From: Candidatus Woesearchaeota archaeon
GTDB lineage: Archaea > Nanobdellota > Nanobdellia > Woesearchaeales > WAPY01
Length of the DNA stretch: 30,725 bases
Assembly (NCBI GenBank): GCA_027064225.1
Contig: JAMOQB010000053.1
Coordinates: 1 to 30,725, forward strand
Direction: 5' to 3'
Every line of letters starts with the position of its first letter. Position 1 is the stretch's first letter. This document shows positions 16,588-25,284 of the stretch, piece after piece. The position numbers were made by a program, and so were the translations under genes. The notes beneath the pieces were generated by a model. That model did not search any database, had not been told where the DNA came from, and saw only the letters and a list, made by a program, of their open reading frames with translations.

Positions 16588-18374
16588 TACACTCCCCAGA
16601 GAGGATTCTCTTTCCTCATAATTTGACTTATTTCCTTAAGAACTTCAATCTCACTCTTTGAGAGTTTATCTCTAAACTTTTTCAATGTCCTAAAATCTTC
16701 CTCGCTAATGTGAGAGTATAATTCTTCGTGGTCAGATATTTGCCTTCCTATGGTAACTCCATCAAGCGAAACAGCGACCTGTTTACCCTGCTCTGCAGAA
16801 TCAACATTTTTTTTGTCAACCTGTATTGCTCTTACAGAACAAACTTCCTTGCCTTTATCATTCATCAGTTTTATCCCTGCTCTCAGCGTTCCAAGTTCCA
16901 CCTCAACACCTACAATTGCAGGATTTGATTGCCTAAATATGAACTGTGGAAGTATTCTGATTTTCACAGGTCTCATCGTTTTTGAAAGTATCTCTGCAAC
17001 TTTTCTACGCTCTAACTCCTTTAAGAATTGCTTGTAATCATCTAAAAGCTCATAGATAATATTCCTAGTTATCACCCTTACCTTTTCTTTTCCCACCCTG
17101 TTTAGATATTCCTGAGCCTCCTTTGTTAAAGATGTGTTGAATCCAAGAATAACTCTGTTGCTCTCCTCAGAGTTCGACTCAGCATTAATTATATCTTTCT
17201 TAGTTATCTTACCTATAGAGGCTGACCTTATTTTCACGCCCTCCTTTTTGAGCATAAAAAGGGTTCCTTCCAAAGAGCCGAGAGAATCTGCTTTAACAAT
17301 TATACCTTCTCTATCAGTTTCAATTATGACTTGACCAACTTCATCTTCCACTTTTTGTTTAAGTTCTTCCAAATTCCCATTTGAGGAGTATATTGGCATT
17401 CCGGAGAGAACCTCTTCATCTGAGGTAATTATGAGCTTTACTCCTGCGGCAGCCCTAACTTCTTCAACTTGCCTAAACTTTGCATGCTTATCCCTCATTT
17501 CATTTAATGGGAGAGGTTCTAAAATCGCCTTCACTTTTGTAACGATTGGCTTACCTATATTTCCAATAATAACTTCATCTTTCTTCCTTAAGATTCCATC
17601 GTAAAGAATAACATTGAGCGTTTCCCCAAGCCCCTTTTCTTCTTTAACCTCAAGTATAGTGCCTTTGGCTGTTCCTCCAAGATTAACTTTCAGAGTTTCA
17701 GAGAGATACTTTTGAGTTAACCCTGTGAGAGTCATTATTAACTCAGGTATGCCTTCTCCTGTTTTTGCAGAGACAGGAACAATTGCAACTTGCTTTGTGT
17801 AGTCAGAAACTCTGTCAAACCTTTCTGACTCGAAGCCAAGCTCATATAGAGATGCGACTAAGGAGTATATTTGTTCGTCTATTTTCCTCTGCACCTCGGG
17901 ACTCTGACCTTTTATGGATGAGAGTATTGGTTTATTGTTAGTTCTCCATCCAGGTATCAAATCAACCTTATTTGCTGCAATGATAAAAGGAGTTTTATAT
18001 TCCTTCAAAATCTCAACTGATTCAATTGTTTGTGGTTTGAACCCCTCGTTTATATCAACAACGAGAATAGCGATATCTGCTAAACTGCCCCCCCGCTTCC
18101 TCAAACTGTGAAATGCTGCGTGTCCAGGAGTATCTATAAACAGCAGCCCAGGTATGTCAAATCTTATCTTAATATTTTTAAGAAGGTCTTTGCACACTTC
18201 TTTAATTGTGGATGATGGTATAAGCGAAGCTCCTATCTCTTGAGTTATGCCTCCGGCTTCTGTCGCAGTAATAAAAGTTCCCCTAATCTTGTCAAGTATG
18301 GATGACTTTCCATGGTCCACATGCCCAACCACAACACATATTGGGCTCCTAAAAACTTTTTGTATTTCAGACAT
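16587..18374 (-). CDS. infB: Translation initiation factor aIF5B (IF-2)
   Basis: RSPICVVVGHVDHGKSS, EAGGITQEIGA, FIDTPGHAAF, ANKVD, VSAKTGEGI, IKADSLGSLE, FRQSNPAIVGV, C-terminal PLWG. Start moved to ATG 18374, with a TATA-like ATTTAAAA 22-29 nt upstream. Confidence 0.97.
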   Translation of the reverse strand: MSEIQKVFRSPICVVVGHVDHGKSSILDKIRGTFITATEAGGITQEIGASLIPSSTIKEVCKDLLKNIKIRFDIPGLLFIDTPGHAAFHSLRKRGGSLADIAILVVDINEGFKPQTIESVEILKEYKTPFIIAANKVDLIPGWRTNNKPILSSIKGQSPEVQRKIDEQIYSLVASLYELGFESERFDRVSDYTKQVAIVPVSAKTGEGIPELIMTLTGLTQKYLSETLKVNLGGTAKGTILEVKEEKGLGETLNVILYDGILRKKDEVIIGNIGKPIVTKVKAILEPLPLNEMRDKHAKFRQVEEVRAAAGVKLIITSDEEVLSGMPIYSSNGNLEELKQKVEDEVGQVIIETDREGIIVKADSLGSLEGTLFMLKKEGVKIRSASIGKITKKDIINAESNSEESNRVILGFNTSLTKEAQEYLNRVGKEKVRVITRNIIYELLDDYKQFLKELERRKVAEILSKTMRPVKIRILPQFIFRQSNPAIVGVEVELGTLRAGIKLMNDKGKEVCSVRAIQVDKKNVDSAEQGKQVAVSLDGVTIGRQISDHEELYSHISEEDFRTLKKFRDKLSKSEIEVLKEISQIMRKENPLWGV

Positions 18375-18464
18375 AGAAAAAAAGAAAGTCATTTGTTTTA
18401 AATATTTAACTGAGGAAATCACAGAAGCATCAAATATTTAAATGAAGCGTGGAAATAATTGTTT

Positions 18465-19643
18465 ATGAGTTCAGTTAAAATGAGGGTATTTCATGAGGGC
18501 TCTGTAGATTTTCTCTCAGCTGAGAACAATCTAAAAACTAAAGGTTCAATATTCTACAATCCCATGATGAGAATTAGCCGGGACTTCACCATTGCTGTCT
18601 TGGATTTCTTATCAAAGGAACTAAACAAGGGGAGAGTATCTTTTCTTGACTTAATGGCTGCTTCAGGCGTTAGGTCTTTAAGAATAATAAAGGAATGCTC
18701 AGAGGCAAGTGCAGATGTTTTCATAAATGATTATTCAAAAGCATGCACAGAAATTATAAAAAAGAATTTAAGCATGTTAGATTACAACAAGAGCAGATTT
18801 AAAGTAAAAGTTTTGAACAGAGAAGCTTTATCTCTACTTTCAAGTCCTATGTTTTTTGATTTTATTCACATTGACCCTTTTGAAGACATAAACAAATATC
18901 TCTACATGAGCATTCGGAGCGTAAAGAACAGGGGGGTTATATCTCTAACAACAACAGACACAGCATCCTTATCTGGAACTTACCCAAAAGCGTGTATGAG
19001 AAGATACGATGCAGTTCCTCAGCAGTTTGATTTCAAGCATGAATTCGGCCTAAGAATATTAATAAGAGCTATTCAAATTGAAGGAGCAAAACAGGACAAG
19101 GCACTTAAACCCATACTTGCTTATTATTACAAACATCACTTCGGAATTTTTATGAGAGTTATTAAAGGAAGAAAAAAATCTTCTGAAGTATTTAAAGACC
19201 ACAAATACTTAACCTTCTGCAAAAATTGCTTAAGCAGGAAGATTACGCCCAGCATTTTCAACGATGTCAAATGTTCAAACTGTGGAGATAAGTTAAGTTG
19301 GGCGGGAAAGTTCTACACAGGAAGTTTAATTAGCAGAGAATTTTTAGATTTTATTTCAAAGAACTATCAGAAATACCAATTTGGAGAAGAAACAAAAAAA
19401 ATCATAACCTTACTAAAAGAAGAATCTTCAATAAGCACACCTTTCACAATAAACACACACTTGCTATTTAAGAGGTACAATATAAAACCTGCCAGGATAA
19501 GTGAGATAATTCATCTTTTGAGAAATGCGGGCTTCAAAGCTGAGAGAACTCATTTTAATCCTCTGAGTTTAAGAACAAATGCAGATATTCCGCAGATAGT
19601 CCGACTGTTGAAACAAGCAGCAAACCACAATACTTTTAAATGA
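18465..19643 (+). CDS. trm1: tRNA (guanine-26-N2)-dimethyltransferase
   Basis: FYNPMMRISRD, DLMAASGVRSLRI, IDPF, TDTASLSGTYPKACMRRY, HEFGLRIL, CxxC...CxxC, RTHFNPLSLRTNA. Start set at ATG 18465 from TATA spacing. Confidence 0.93.
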   Translation: MSSVKMRVFHEGSVDFLSAENNLKTKGSIFYNPMMRISRDFTIAVLDFLSKELNKGRVSFLDLMAASGVRSLRIIKECSEASADVFINDYSKACTEIIKKNLSMLDYNKSRFKVKVLNREALSLLSSPMFFDFIHIDPFEDINKYLYMSIRSVKNRGVISLTTTDTASLSGTYPKACMRRYDAVPQQFDFKHEFGLRILIRAIQIEGAKQDKALKPILAYYYKHHFGIFMRVIKGRKKSSEVFKDHKYLTFCKNCLSRKITPSIFNDVKCSNCGDKLSWAGKFYTGSLISREFLDFISKNYQKYQFGEETKKIITLLKEESSISTPFTINTHLLFKRYNIKPARISEIIHLLRNAGFKAERTHFNPLSLRTNADIPQIVRLLKQAANHNTFK

Positions 19644-19672
19644 AAGCTCTTCTCTAACCTAAGGTGGTTTTT

Positions 19673-19831
19673 ATGAAGTGCATTTCATGTCATAAAGATG
19701 TAACAAATGACAAAGGAGTTGTTAGATTTATGTGCCCAAAGTGTGGCAAGTATGAAATAATAAGATGCTCAACATGCAGGAAAAATGGGACCCCATACAA
19801 ATGCCCAAACTGCGGATTTGAGGGACCGTGA
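19673..19831 (+). CDS. Small double zinc-finger protein (DUF1610/COG2888, HVO_2753-like; not in the ORF track)
   Basis: My translation: MKCISCHKDVTNDKGVVRFMCPKCGKYEIIRCSTCRKNGTPYKCPNCGFEGP*. Four CxxC motifs, the typical C-terminal CPxCGFEGP, SD AGGTGG, and the usual position upstream of aEF-1beta. Confidence 0.95.
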   Translation: MKCISCHKDVTNDKGVVRFMCPKCGKYEIIRCSTCRKNGTPYKCPNCGFEGP

Positions 19832-19840
19832 GGTGTAAAA

Positions 19841-20116
19841 ATGGCAAAGGTTGTAGTTACTTTGAGGATTATGCCAAAAGATCCAAGTGTGGATTTGGAG
19901 AAAATCAAAAAGGATGCTGTTTCAAAGATAGAAGCATTAAAAGGCGAAGTTGGGAAGGTTGAAGTGCAACCAGTCGCCTTTGGCTTGAACGCAGTAATGA
20001 TTTACTTTGTCAGGGATGAAAGCTTGGGAGGAACCAGCGAAATTGAGAAGGAACTCTCAAGTATTGAAGGCGTTGATTCCGTTGAAACCACAGATGTCCG
20101 ACGAACTATTGGATAA
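19841..20116 (+). CDS. ef1b: Translation elongation factor aEF-1beta
   Basis: MAKVVVTLRIMP...VAFGLNAV...GGTSEIE...VETTDVRR. SD GAGGTG at 19830-19835. Confidence 0.95.
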   Translation: MAKVVVTLRIMPKDPSVDLEKIKKDAVSKIEALKGEVGKVEVQPVAFGLNAVMIYFVRDESLGGTSEIEKELSSIEGVDSVETTDVRRTIG

Positions 20117-20187
20117 AACAATTTTTTATTTTTAAATAATAACAAAATTATATAAAGCGTATTCTTAAACTTTTATTGGGGATTTTT

Positions 20188-22071
20188 ATGGGAGATGAAA
20201 TGATTCAAGCAGATGAGAAAGTTCAAAGTCCTAAGAGGGGAATATTCGCGAGATTATTCAGAAGAAAGAGTAGTAAAGAGCAAAAAGCAAATGGAGAGGA
20301 AAATAAAGAGAAAGCGGATGAGAAAACTAACAAGAAAGAAGATGACCTTTTAAACCTCCTTGCTCCTAAAAATAATGAGAATTTAGCAGGAAATAATGAA
20401 ACAGAAGAAAGTTATAATTCAGATTCGGACCTTGTTCTAATAAGTGGTGAAAAAATAAAAACTCTAAGCGAACTTGAAGCTTTTCTGCAGTTTATGGATG
20501 ATTTTACATTTGAGTATCACTGCAATGAAAACAAAAACGACTTTGCTGATTGGGTTGAGCACAGTTTAAAAAACAAAGAACTTGCTGACAAGATGCGAAG
20601 TGCAAAGACAAAGGAAGACCTGCTTTCAATACTGAATAAGTATCTAAATAAGGACGAAACTACTGAAGACCTTGAACCGCAGAAGATAGAAGAGTCGCCC
20701 GAAGCTGTTGAGGATGCTCTTCTTGAAAAAGCAGCGGAGAAGATTCAAGAGGATAATAAGCCAAAGCTTGTAAAACCACATGAACTTCCGAGAGATGAAA
20801 AGAATGACACAGAGGTAGAGTTGAAACGGAAGATAAAAGTTTATGAGAAACAGATGTTTGAGCAGCAACTGAAACATGAGGATGAGATTAAGGAAAAAGA
20901 AGACAAAATAAACGAACAGAACATAATCATTCAAGGTTATGAGAAAAAGGTTGACCTGCTTGAGAAAGAAAGGCAGAGGTTAATGGAAGAAGTTGAAAAA
21001 CATAAGAAGAGAATTATTGAACTTTTAGCAAGAATTGATGAACAGGAGAAGAGGTTCCAAGCTCAAAAGGAGATTATTGATAAGCGTATTGAAGAGCTTG
21101 ATGAAAAAGAAGCAGAGCTTAATGAGAAAGAAAAGGAAATTGTTCTCAGAACAGAGGAGTTGAGTCAAGCCAAAGAAAAGCTTGACGAGAAAAATGCTGA
21201 ACTCTCATCAAAATTAAAAGCTGTTGATGAAGATAGGCAGATGCTTGAACAGAAGGAAGAAGAGGTAATTGATAAAATTTTAGAAGTTGAAGAGCGCGAA
21301 AAGGAACTTGAAAAGAGAGAGAAAGAGATTAATGAAAAGCTCCTGCTCATAGACAAATCAATAGATAAACTTGAAAGTAAAAAGGCAAGTGTTGATAGGG
21401 AGATTGAAAAACTCAACAAGTTGAAAGAGGAGTTAAAGGAAAGAGAAAAAGCAGTTAAGGATAAGGAGAAAGACATACAGAAGAGGGAAAAAGCTGTTGA
21501 GAAAAAAGAGGAAAAGATTAAAGAAGCTAAAAAGCTGTTGAAAGACCTCCCAAAGCTCAAAGCAGAGTACAAGAGGTTATCCAAGAAGATTCCAAAACTT
21601 GAGGAGGAATATAACAAACTTGTTGAGAAGAATGAAAGCTTCAAGAGAGAACTTGAGAAAAGGGAAAAAACTGTTAAGAAGAAGGAAGAAGAGATAAAGG
21701 CCAGAGAGAGAGCTTTAGAGGAGAAGAAGGAGAAACTCCTGAGGATACAATACCGTTTAATAGAGGAGAAGAAGAATATTGAAGACATGCGATTACAATT
21801 GTATTTGAAAGCACACAACTTAGAGGATGTTGTGCCTAAAAAGAAAGTTTCCAAACTTTTGAAGCCACTGCCGGAGGTTAACCCTGAAGAGAAAAACTCG
21901 CTAATTGCAGAGGCTAAGGAAGCCATCGCATCCAAAAACTTTGTGAAGGCGAACGAGATAATAAAAAAACTTGACAAGATATACGAACAGATGACAAACA
22001 TAGACGACAAAAAAGAGCTTTACTATAAGATATTAGAGTTAAAAACTGATTTAAGATTGGCAACGCTGTGA
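20188..22071 (+). CDS. Large K/E-rich coiled-coil protein with a DUF5752-like N-terminal domain
   Basis: ISGEKIKTLSEL...MDDFTFEYHCNENKNDFADWVEHSLKNKELADKM resembles DUF5752-type modules (recalled, not searched). ~330 aa of continuous heptads follow. ATG 20188 chosen over TTG 20176 because GGGGAT precedes it. Confidence 0.8.
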   Translation: MGDEMIQADEKVQSPKRGIFARLFRRKSSKEQKANGEENKEKADEKTNKKEDDLLNLLAPKNNENLAGNNETEESYNSDSDLVLISGEKIKTLSELEAFLQFMDDFTFEYHCNENKNDFADWVEHSLKNKELADKMRSAKTKEDLLSILNKYLNKDETTEDLEPQKIEESPEAVEDALLEKAAEKIQEDNKPKLVKPHELPRDEKNDTEVELKRKIKVYEKQMFEQQLKHEDEIKEKEDKINEQNIIIQGYEKKVDLLEKERQRLMEEVEKHKKRIIELLARIDEQEKRFQAQKEIIDKRIEELDEKEAELNEKEKEIVLRTEELSQAKEKLDEKNAELSSKLKAVDEDRQMLEQKEEEVIDKILEVEEREKELEKREKEINEKLLLIDKSIDKLESKKASVDREIEKLNKLKEELKEREKAVKDKEKDIQKREKAVEKKEEKIKEAKKLLKDLPKLKAEYKRLSKKIPKLEEEYNKLVEKNESFKRELEKREKTVKKKEEEIKARERALEEKKEKLLRIQYRLIEEKKNIEDMRLQLYLKAHNLEDVVPKKKVSKLLKPLPEVNPEEKNSLIAEAKEAIASKNFVKANEIIKKLDKIYEQMTNIDDKKELYYKILELKTDLRLATL

Positions 22072-22074
22072 GCA

Positions 22075-23100
22075 TTAAATTCTCTTTATTATTTTATTTT
22101 CCTCGTCAAGTTCTACTTTTTCATCAATAAACTTGTTAACAACATAAACTGCTGATTTTATATGGTCTGTTATTTCTGAGGTTTTAATAGAACCGCCCAC
22201 AATTGAGAGCAGTGGGATGAGCTGATCTGCAAGCAGCTTATCAACAACACCGTGCTTAACCTCATAAACAAGTTTTTCCGCGCACAGCTTTCCTATTTTC
22301 TCAGAGGAGACACCTCTCTTGCCAAGCTGGTCAGCTCCAAGAGTATAAGATGCTTCACCTGAAAGATTCTCAAAAACCGCCCAGAGGCAGATTGAAGAAC
22401 CTGGAGAGGACGCCTCCGAATAAACCACATCAATAACTGCCTCTTTTCCAAGCTGATGCTTTATAAACTCCCTAGCTGATTTTGCCTGTCTCTCAGAGAC
22501 CTCAGCATTCATAAGATTCTTTGACGCTGTAGATATGCCGAGGATGTGAAACTCTTCCTCAGCTTTATTTAATATGAGAGGTCTGTAATGCCCCAAGTTG
22601 TAAGGCCTTGTTTTTATAGAAACAACTCCCCCTCCCTTCGGGTAGTATCCCCTTTTAAGAATCTTAAAACTCACTTCAGAGTATTTTCTAAAGTAGAAGA
22701 GCAGGACATTTTTAAAATAGTCAGATGTTGGTGAGTATGGAACATCTGTGCCTCCCACTATTTTTAAGCTTGTCGGCTTCAATAGCATCATAGGTAGGAG
22801 GATGGATTGTAGAACTAAGGTAATAGAACCAGCAGTGCCCACATCTAAGTTCAAATGGCCTCCCTTATACTCTCCAGGATAAAAAGTAAGCTCTTCTGAT
22901 CCTAAAAAAGCCCCTTCAACCTTCGAGTTGGAAAGCTTCTTCAACGCGGTTATGCCAAGTAAGTGCTGAGCTTTTACCCCGGGTTTTGGCCTGTTTTTTC
23001 TTATGTTAATTATGTGAAACGGCTTCTGGGTCACAATTGACATTTGAAGAGCAATTCTCAAAACACTGCCGCCTCCCAACGCTCCATCTATTTCAATCAT
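22075..23100 (-). CDS. rtcA: RNA 3'-terminal phosphate cyclase (RtcA family), divergent N-terminal motif
   Basis: GGGSVLR, NIRKNRPKPGVKAQHL, GTAGSITLVLQ, GGTDVPYSP, RGYYPKGGG, LADQL, and catalytic-His motif ITDHIKS (His313). Confidence 0.93.
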   Translation of the reverse strand: MIEIDGALGGGSVLRIALQMSIVTQKPFHIINIRKNRPKPGVKAQHLLGITALKKLSNSKVEGAFLGSEELTFYPGEYKGGHLNLDVGTAGSITLVLQSILLPMMLLKPTSLKIVGGTDVPYSPTSDYFKNVLLFYFRKYSEVSFKILKRGYYPKGGGVVSIKTRPYNLGHYRPLILNKAEEEFHILGISTASKNLMNAEVSERQAKSAREFIKHQLGKEAVIDVVYSEASSPGSSICLWAVFENLSGEASYTLGADQLGKRGVSSEKIGKLCAEKLVYEVKHGVVDKLLADQLIPLLSIVGGSIKTSEITDHIKSAVYVVNKFIDEKVELDEENKIIKRI

Positions 23101-24268
23101 TCAGACCGACCACCTTATCATATTCCACAAGTATTATTGAGTCAAGATTATTAAGCTTTTTTGTGAGGTACAACCTGCCCTGTGATATATCAACTATTTT
23201 TTGGGCAAGCCCAATTGCCTCTCCTTTCAAGTTAATTCCAACGATAGATATTTTTATTCCAAGATTAACTGCCCTGTAAACTGCTCTCATAGTTCTCTTC
23301 AGCGGCTTATCCCCCTTCGTCGGTTGGAGATCAGTTATAAGTATTACATACTTATCTCCCTTTTGATTGGAGAGCAGTTTAATTGATTCTTCAATGGCCA
23401 AGCTTATGTCAGTCTGCTGTTTTGGTTTAACTCTCACAAGGTCTTCTATCAGAGAGTAAATGTCACTGCTTGGTTTCCTATTTGCAACTACTTCATTTCT
23501 AAAGATTATAAGTCCCACTCGGTTCTTGTCTTTAATTGCTTTGTAAATTAATGCAGCTCCAGCTCTCTTAGCTTCCCTAAGTTTCTCCCCTTTCATAGAA
23601 GCGGATGAGTCAAGCGCGAATATTATGCTTATTGAACCTTTATCTCCACGGACCTTTTTTCTCAGATCATCTTTAGTAATCTCTTTGTGCATCCTCTTTA
23701 CAGCTACTCTAAGCGTCTTCTTAACGGATATGTCTGCAAATCTACGTGGTTTAGCATTTGAGAAGTCCTTAACTATTCCCAAATCTGTTTTCTCATTACT
23801 CTCATAGCTGCCTGTTGAGTTTGAAAGTTTATCAACTTCTTCTCTGAGGAGTTCAACAGCGGCCAGCTTGATTGACTTATCTGTCAATGCCCCATCTTTA
23901 TCTATAAGTTCTTCCTTTTTTAGCTCCTCAATCTTTTTATCAATCTTCTGCTTAAGCTCCTTTTTGAATTCCGGCAGGTGTATGTTTCTCTTTATATACT
24001 CTTCACTGTATCCTGTAAGTTTCTCTATGAATCTTGCTCCAAGCTTTCTCTTTGAAAGTTTAAAGTTATTGACTATGTCCTCAAAGAGCTTATTTGAGTT
24101 GAGGAATATGTTGCTGTCTATTGCAGATGAGATAATAAATATGTTCTCAAGGTAGTTCGGCTTATCTCTCTTCAAATTTTGCCCGTTGCCATTTGAGTTT
24201 GACTCCGCCTCTTTAACATCCTTCTTCTCGGGACTGCTAAACTGAATCACCGGGTTGCCCAGATCCAA
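23093..24268 (-). CDS. vWA-domain protein (ChlD/MoxR-partner type)
   Basis: MIDAS motif LDSSASM, TDISLAI, ILITDLQPT, preceded by a helical region. Start uncertain (TTG 24268 or GTG 24250). Confidence 0.88.
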   Translation of the reverse strand: MDLGNPVIQFSSPEKKDVKEAESNSNGNGQNLKRDKPNYLENIFIISSAIDSNIFLNSNKLFEDIVNNFKLSKRKLGARFIEKLTGYSEEYIKRNIHLPEFKKELKQKIDKKIEELKKEELIDKDGALTDKSIKLAAVELLREEVDKLSNSTGSYESNEKTDLGIVKDFSNAKPRRFADISVKKTLRVAVKRMHKEITKDDLRKKVRGDKGSISIIFALDSSASMKGEKLREAKRAGAALIYKAIKDKNRVGLIIFRNEVVANRKPSSDIYSLIEDLVRVKPKQQTDISLAIEESIKLLSNQKGDKYVILITDLQPTKGDKPLKRTMRAVYRAVNLGIKISIVGINLKGEAIGLAQKIVDISQGRLYLTKKLNNLDSIILVEYDKVVGLND

Positions 24269-25283
24269 CTGCTTCTTTAAGCTTCTCGAACTCCCTTTTG
24301 ATTAGGTCCTTCTTATTTTCTTCAAGTTTATAACTTGGCTTTAAGCTAATCCTATGCTCCAAAACTGAGAGCAGTATTTCTTCAACATCTTTCAGAGTTA
24401 CGGATTTACGGCCGTTGAGTAGAGCGTTTGCCTGTGCTCTCTCATATATTCCTATTGATGCTCTAACACTTGGCTTCCTTGAGAGTTTCTCATTGCGCCT
24501 AAGATTCCTTACAAATTGAATTGTCTCTCTCAACAGGTGATTAGGAAACTCAACGAACTTTTTACCTTTCAGTTTGACGATTTTAACCTCTATGTCTGTT
24601 GTTTCTGGATAGTCCATTTCTATTATGTCAAACCTATCTAAGAACACTTCTGACAGTGGTTCTGTGCTGGAATCCTCTGGGTTCATTGTTCCTATGAGTA
24701 TAAAGTTTGTCGGAACATTGATTGTGTATCCTGACAGCGTAACCTGATTCTCCTCTAAAACTTGGAGTAAAGAATTTTGTATTCTCTCAGGTGCGCGGTT
24801 TATCTCATCAAAGAAAAGTATTCCATAGTTGGCTTTGAAGATCTTACCTGGCGTAAATGCTTCTATTGATGCAGGTCCATATTTAAGAGCTTTCACAGGG
24901 TCAATGTCTCCTATCAAGTCTTCAGATGTTAAATCTGGAGAACCCTGCACTCTTATGAATCTTTCAGCTCCCAAAAAGATCTTTGTATCTGGTTTTTCTC
25001 CTCTGCGAATTTTTGCGAGGCATTCTGGACATTGTGGTTTGTTTGGGTCGCAGTGGTATGGGCAGTTGTTAAGCTCAATCTCAGGAAGTGTTTCGGCTAT
25101 GTTCCTTGCAAGCGTTGTTTTTCCACATCCAGGAGGCCCGGAGAGAATAATATTTCTCCTGCTTAAGATGGCTGTTTTAACAAGTTTTTTTACTCTTTCC
25201 TGTCCAATTATTTTGTCAAATTTAGCGGAGATAATTCTTTTCTTAAGCTCCAAATCATAGCGTTCAAAGTTTTTGTTTTTCAT
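24237..25283 (-). CDS. AAA+ ATPase of the ChlI/MoxR (helix-2-insert) clade
   Basis: Walker A GPPGCGKTT, Cys-rich insert CPYHCDPNKPQCPEC, GSPDLTSEDLIG, Walker B FFDEINR, sensor GTMNP, Arg finger FLDRF, SVRAS. Strong SD AGGAGGTG. Confidence 0.92.
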   Translation of the reverse strand: MKNKNFERYDLELKKRIISAKFDKIIGQERVKKLVKTAILSRRNIILSGPPGCGKTTLARNIAETLPEIELNNCPYHCDPNKPQCPECLAKIRRGEKPDTKIFLGAERFIRVQGSPDLTSEDLIGDIDPVKALKYGPASIEAFTPGKIFKANYGILFFDEINRAPERIQNSLLQVLEENQVTLSGYTINVPTNFILIGTMNPEDSSTEPLSEVFLDRFDIIEMDYPETTDIEVKIVKLKGKKFVEFPNHLLRETIQFVRNLRRNEKLSRKPSVRASIGIYERAQANALLNGRKSVTLKDVEEILLSVLEHRISLKPSYKLEENKKDLIKREFEKLKEAVGSGQPGDSV

Positions 25284-25284
25284 A

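Noticed and set aside
21165-22010. 281-aa antisense ORF inside the coiled-coil gene
   Set aside because: Shadow of GAA/AAA-rich codons (poly S/F/L). The same applies to 25502-26020 and the other short overlapping ORFs in the track.
20188-22071. SMC/Rad50 annotation for the long coiled-coil protein
   Set aside because: No Walker A/B, signature motif, hinge or CxxC hook.
22225-22245. RtcA VDKLLADQ at first looked like loss of the catalytic histidine
   Set aside because: The adenylated His in RtcA is the later one (E. coli H309, human H320), which is retained here as His313 in ITDHIKS.
23093-25283. Magnesium or cobalt chelatase as the function of the AAA+/vWA pair
   Set aside because: No ChlH/CobN or tetrapyrrole genes in the window, and Walker A is GPPGCGKT (MoxR-like). 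Cannot be fully excluded without the rest of the genome.
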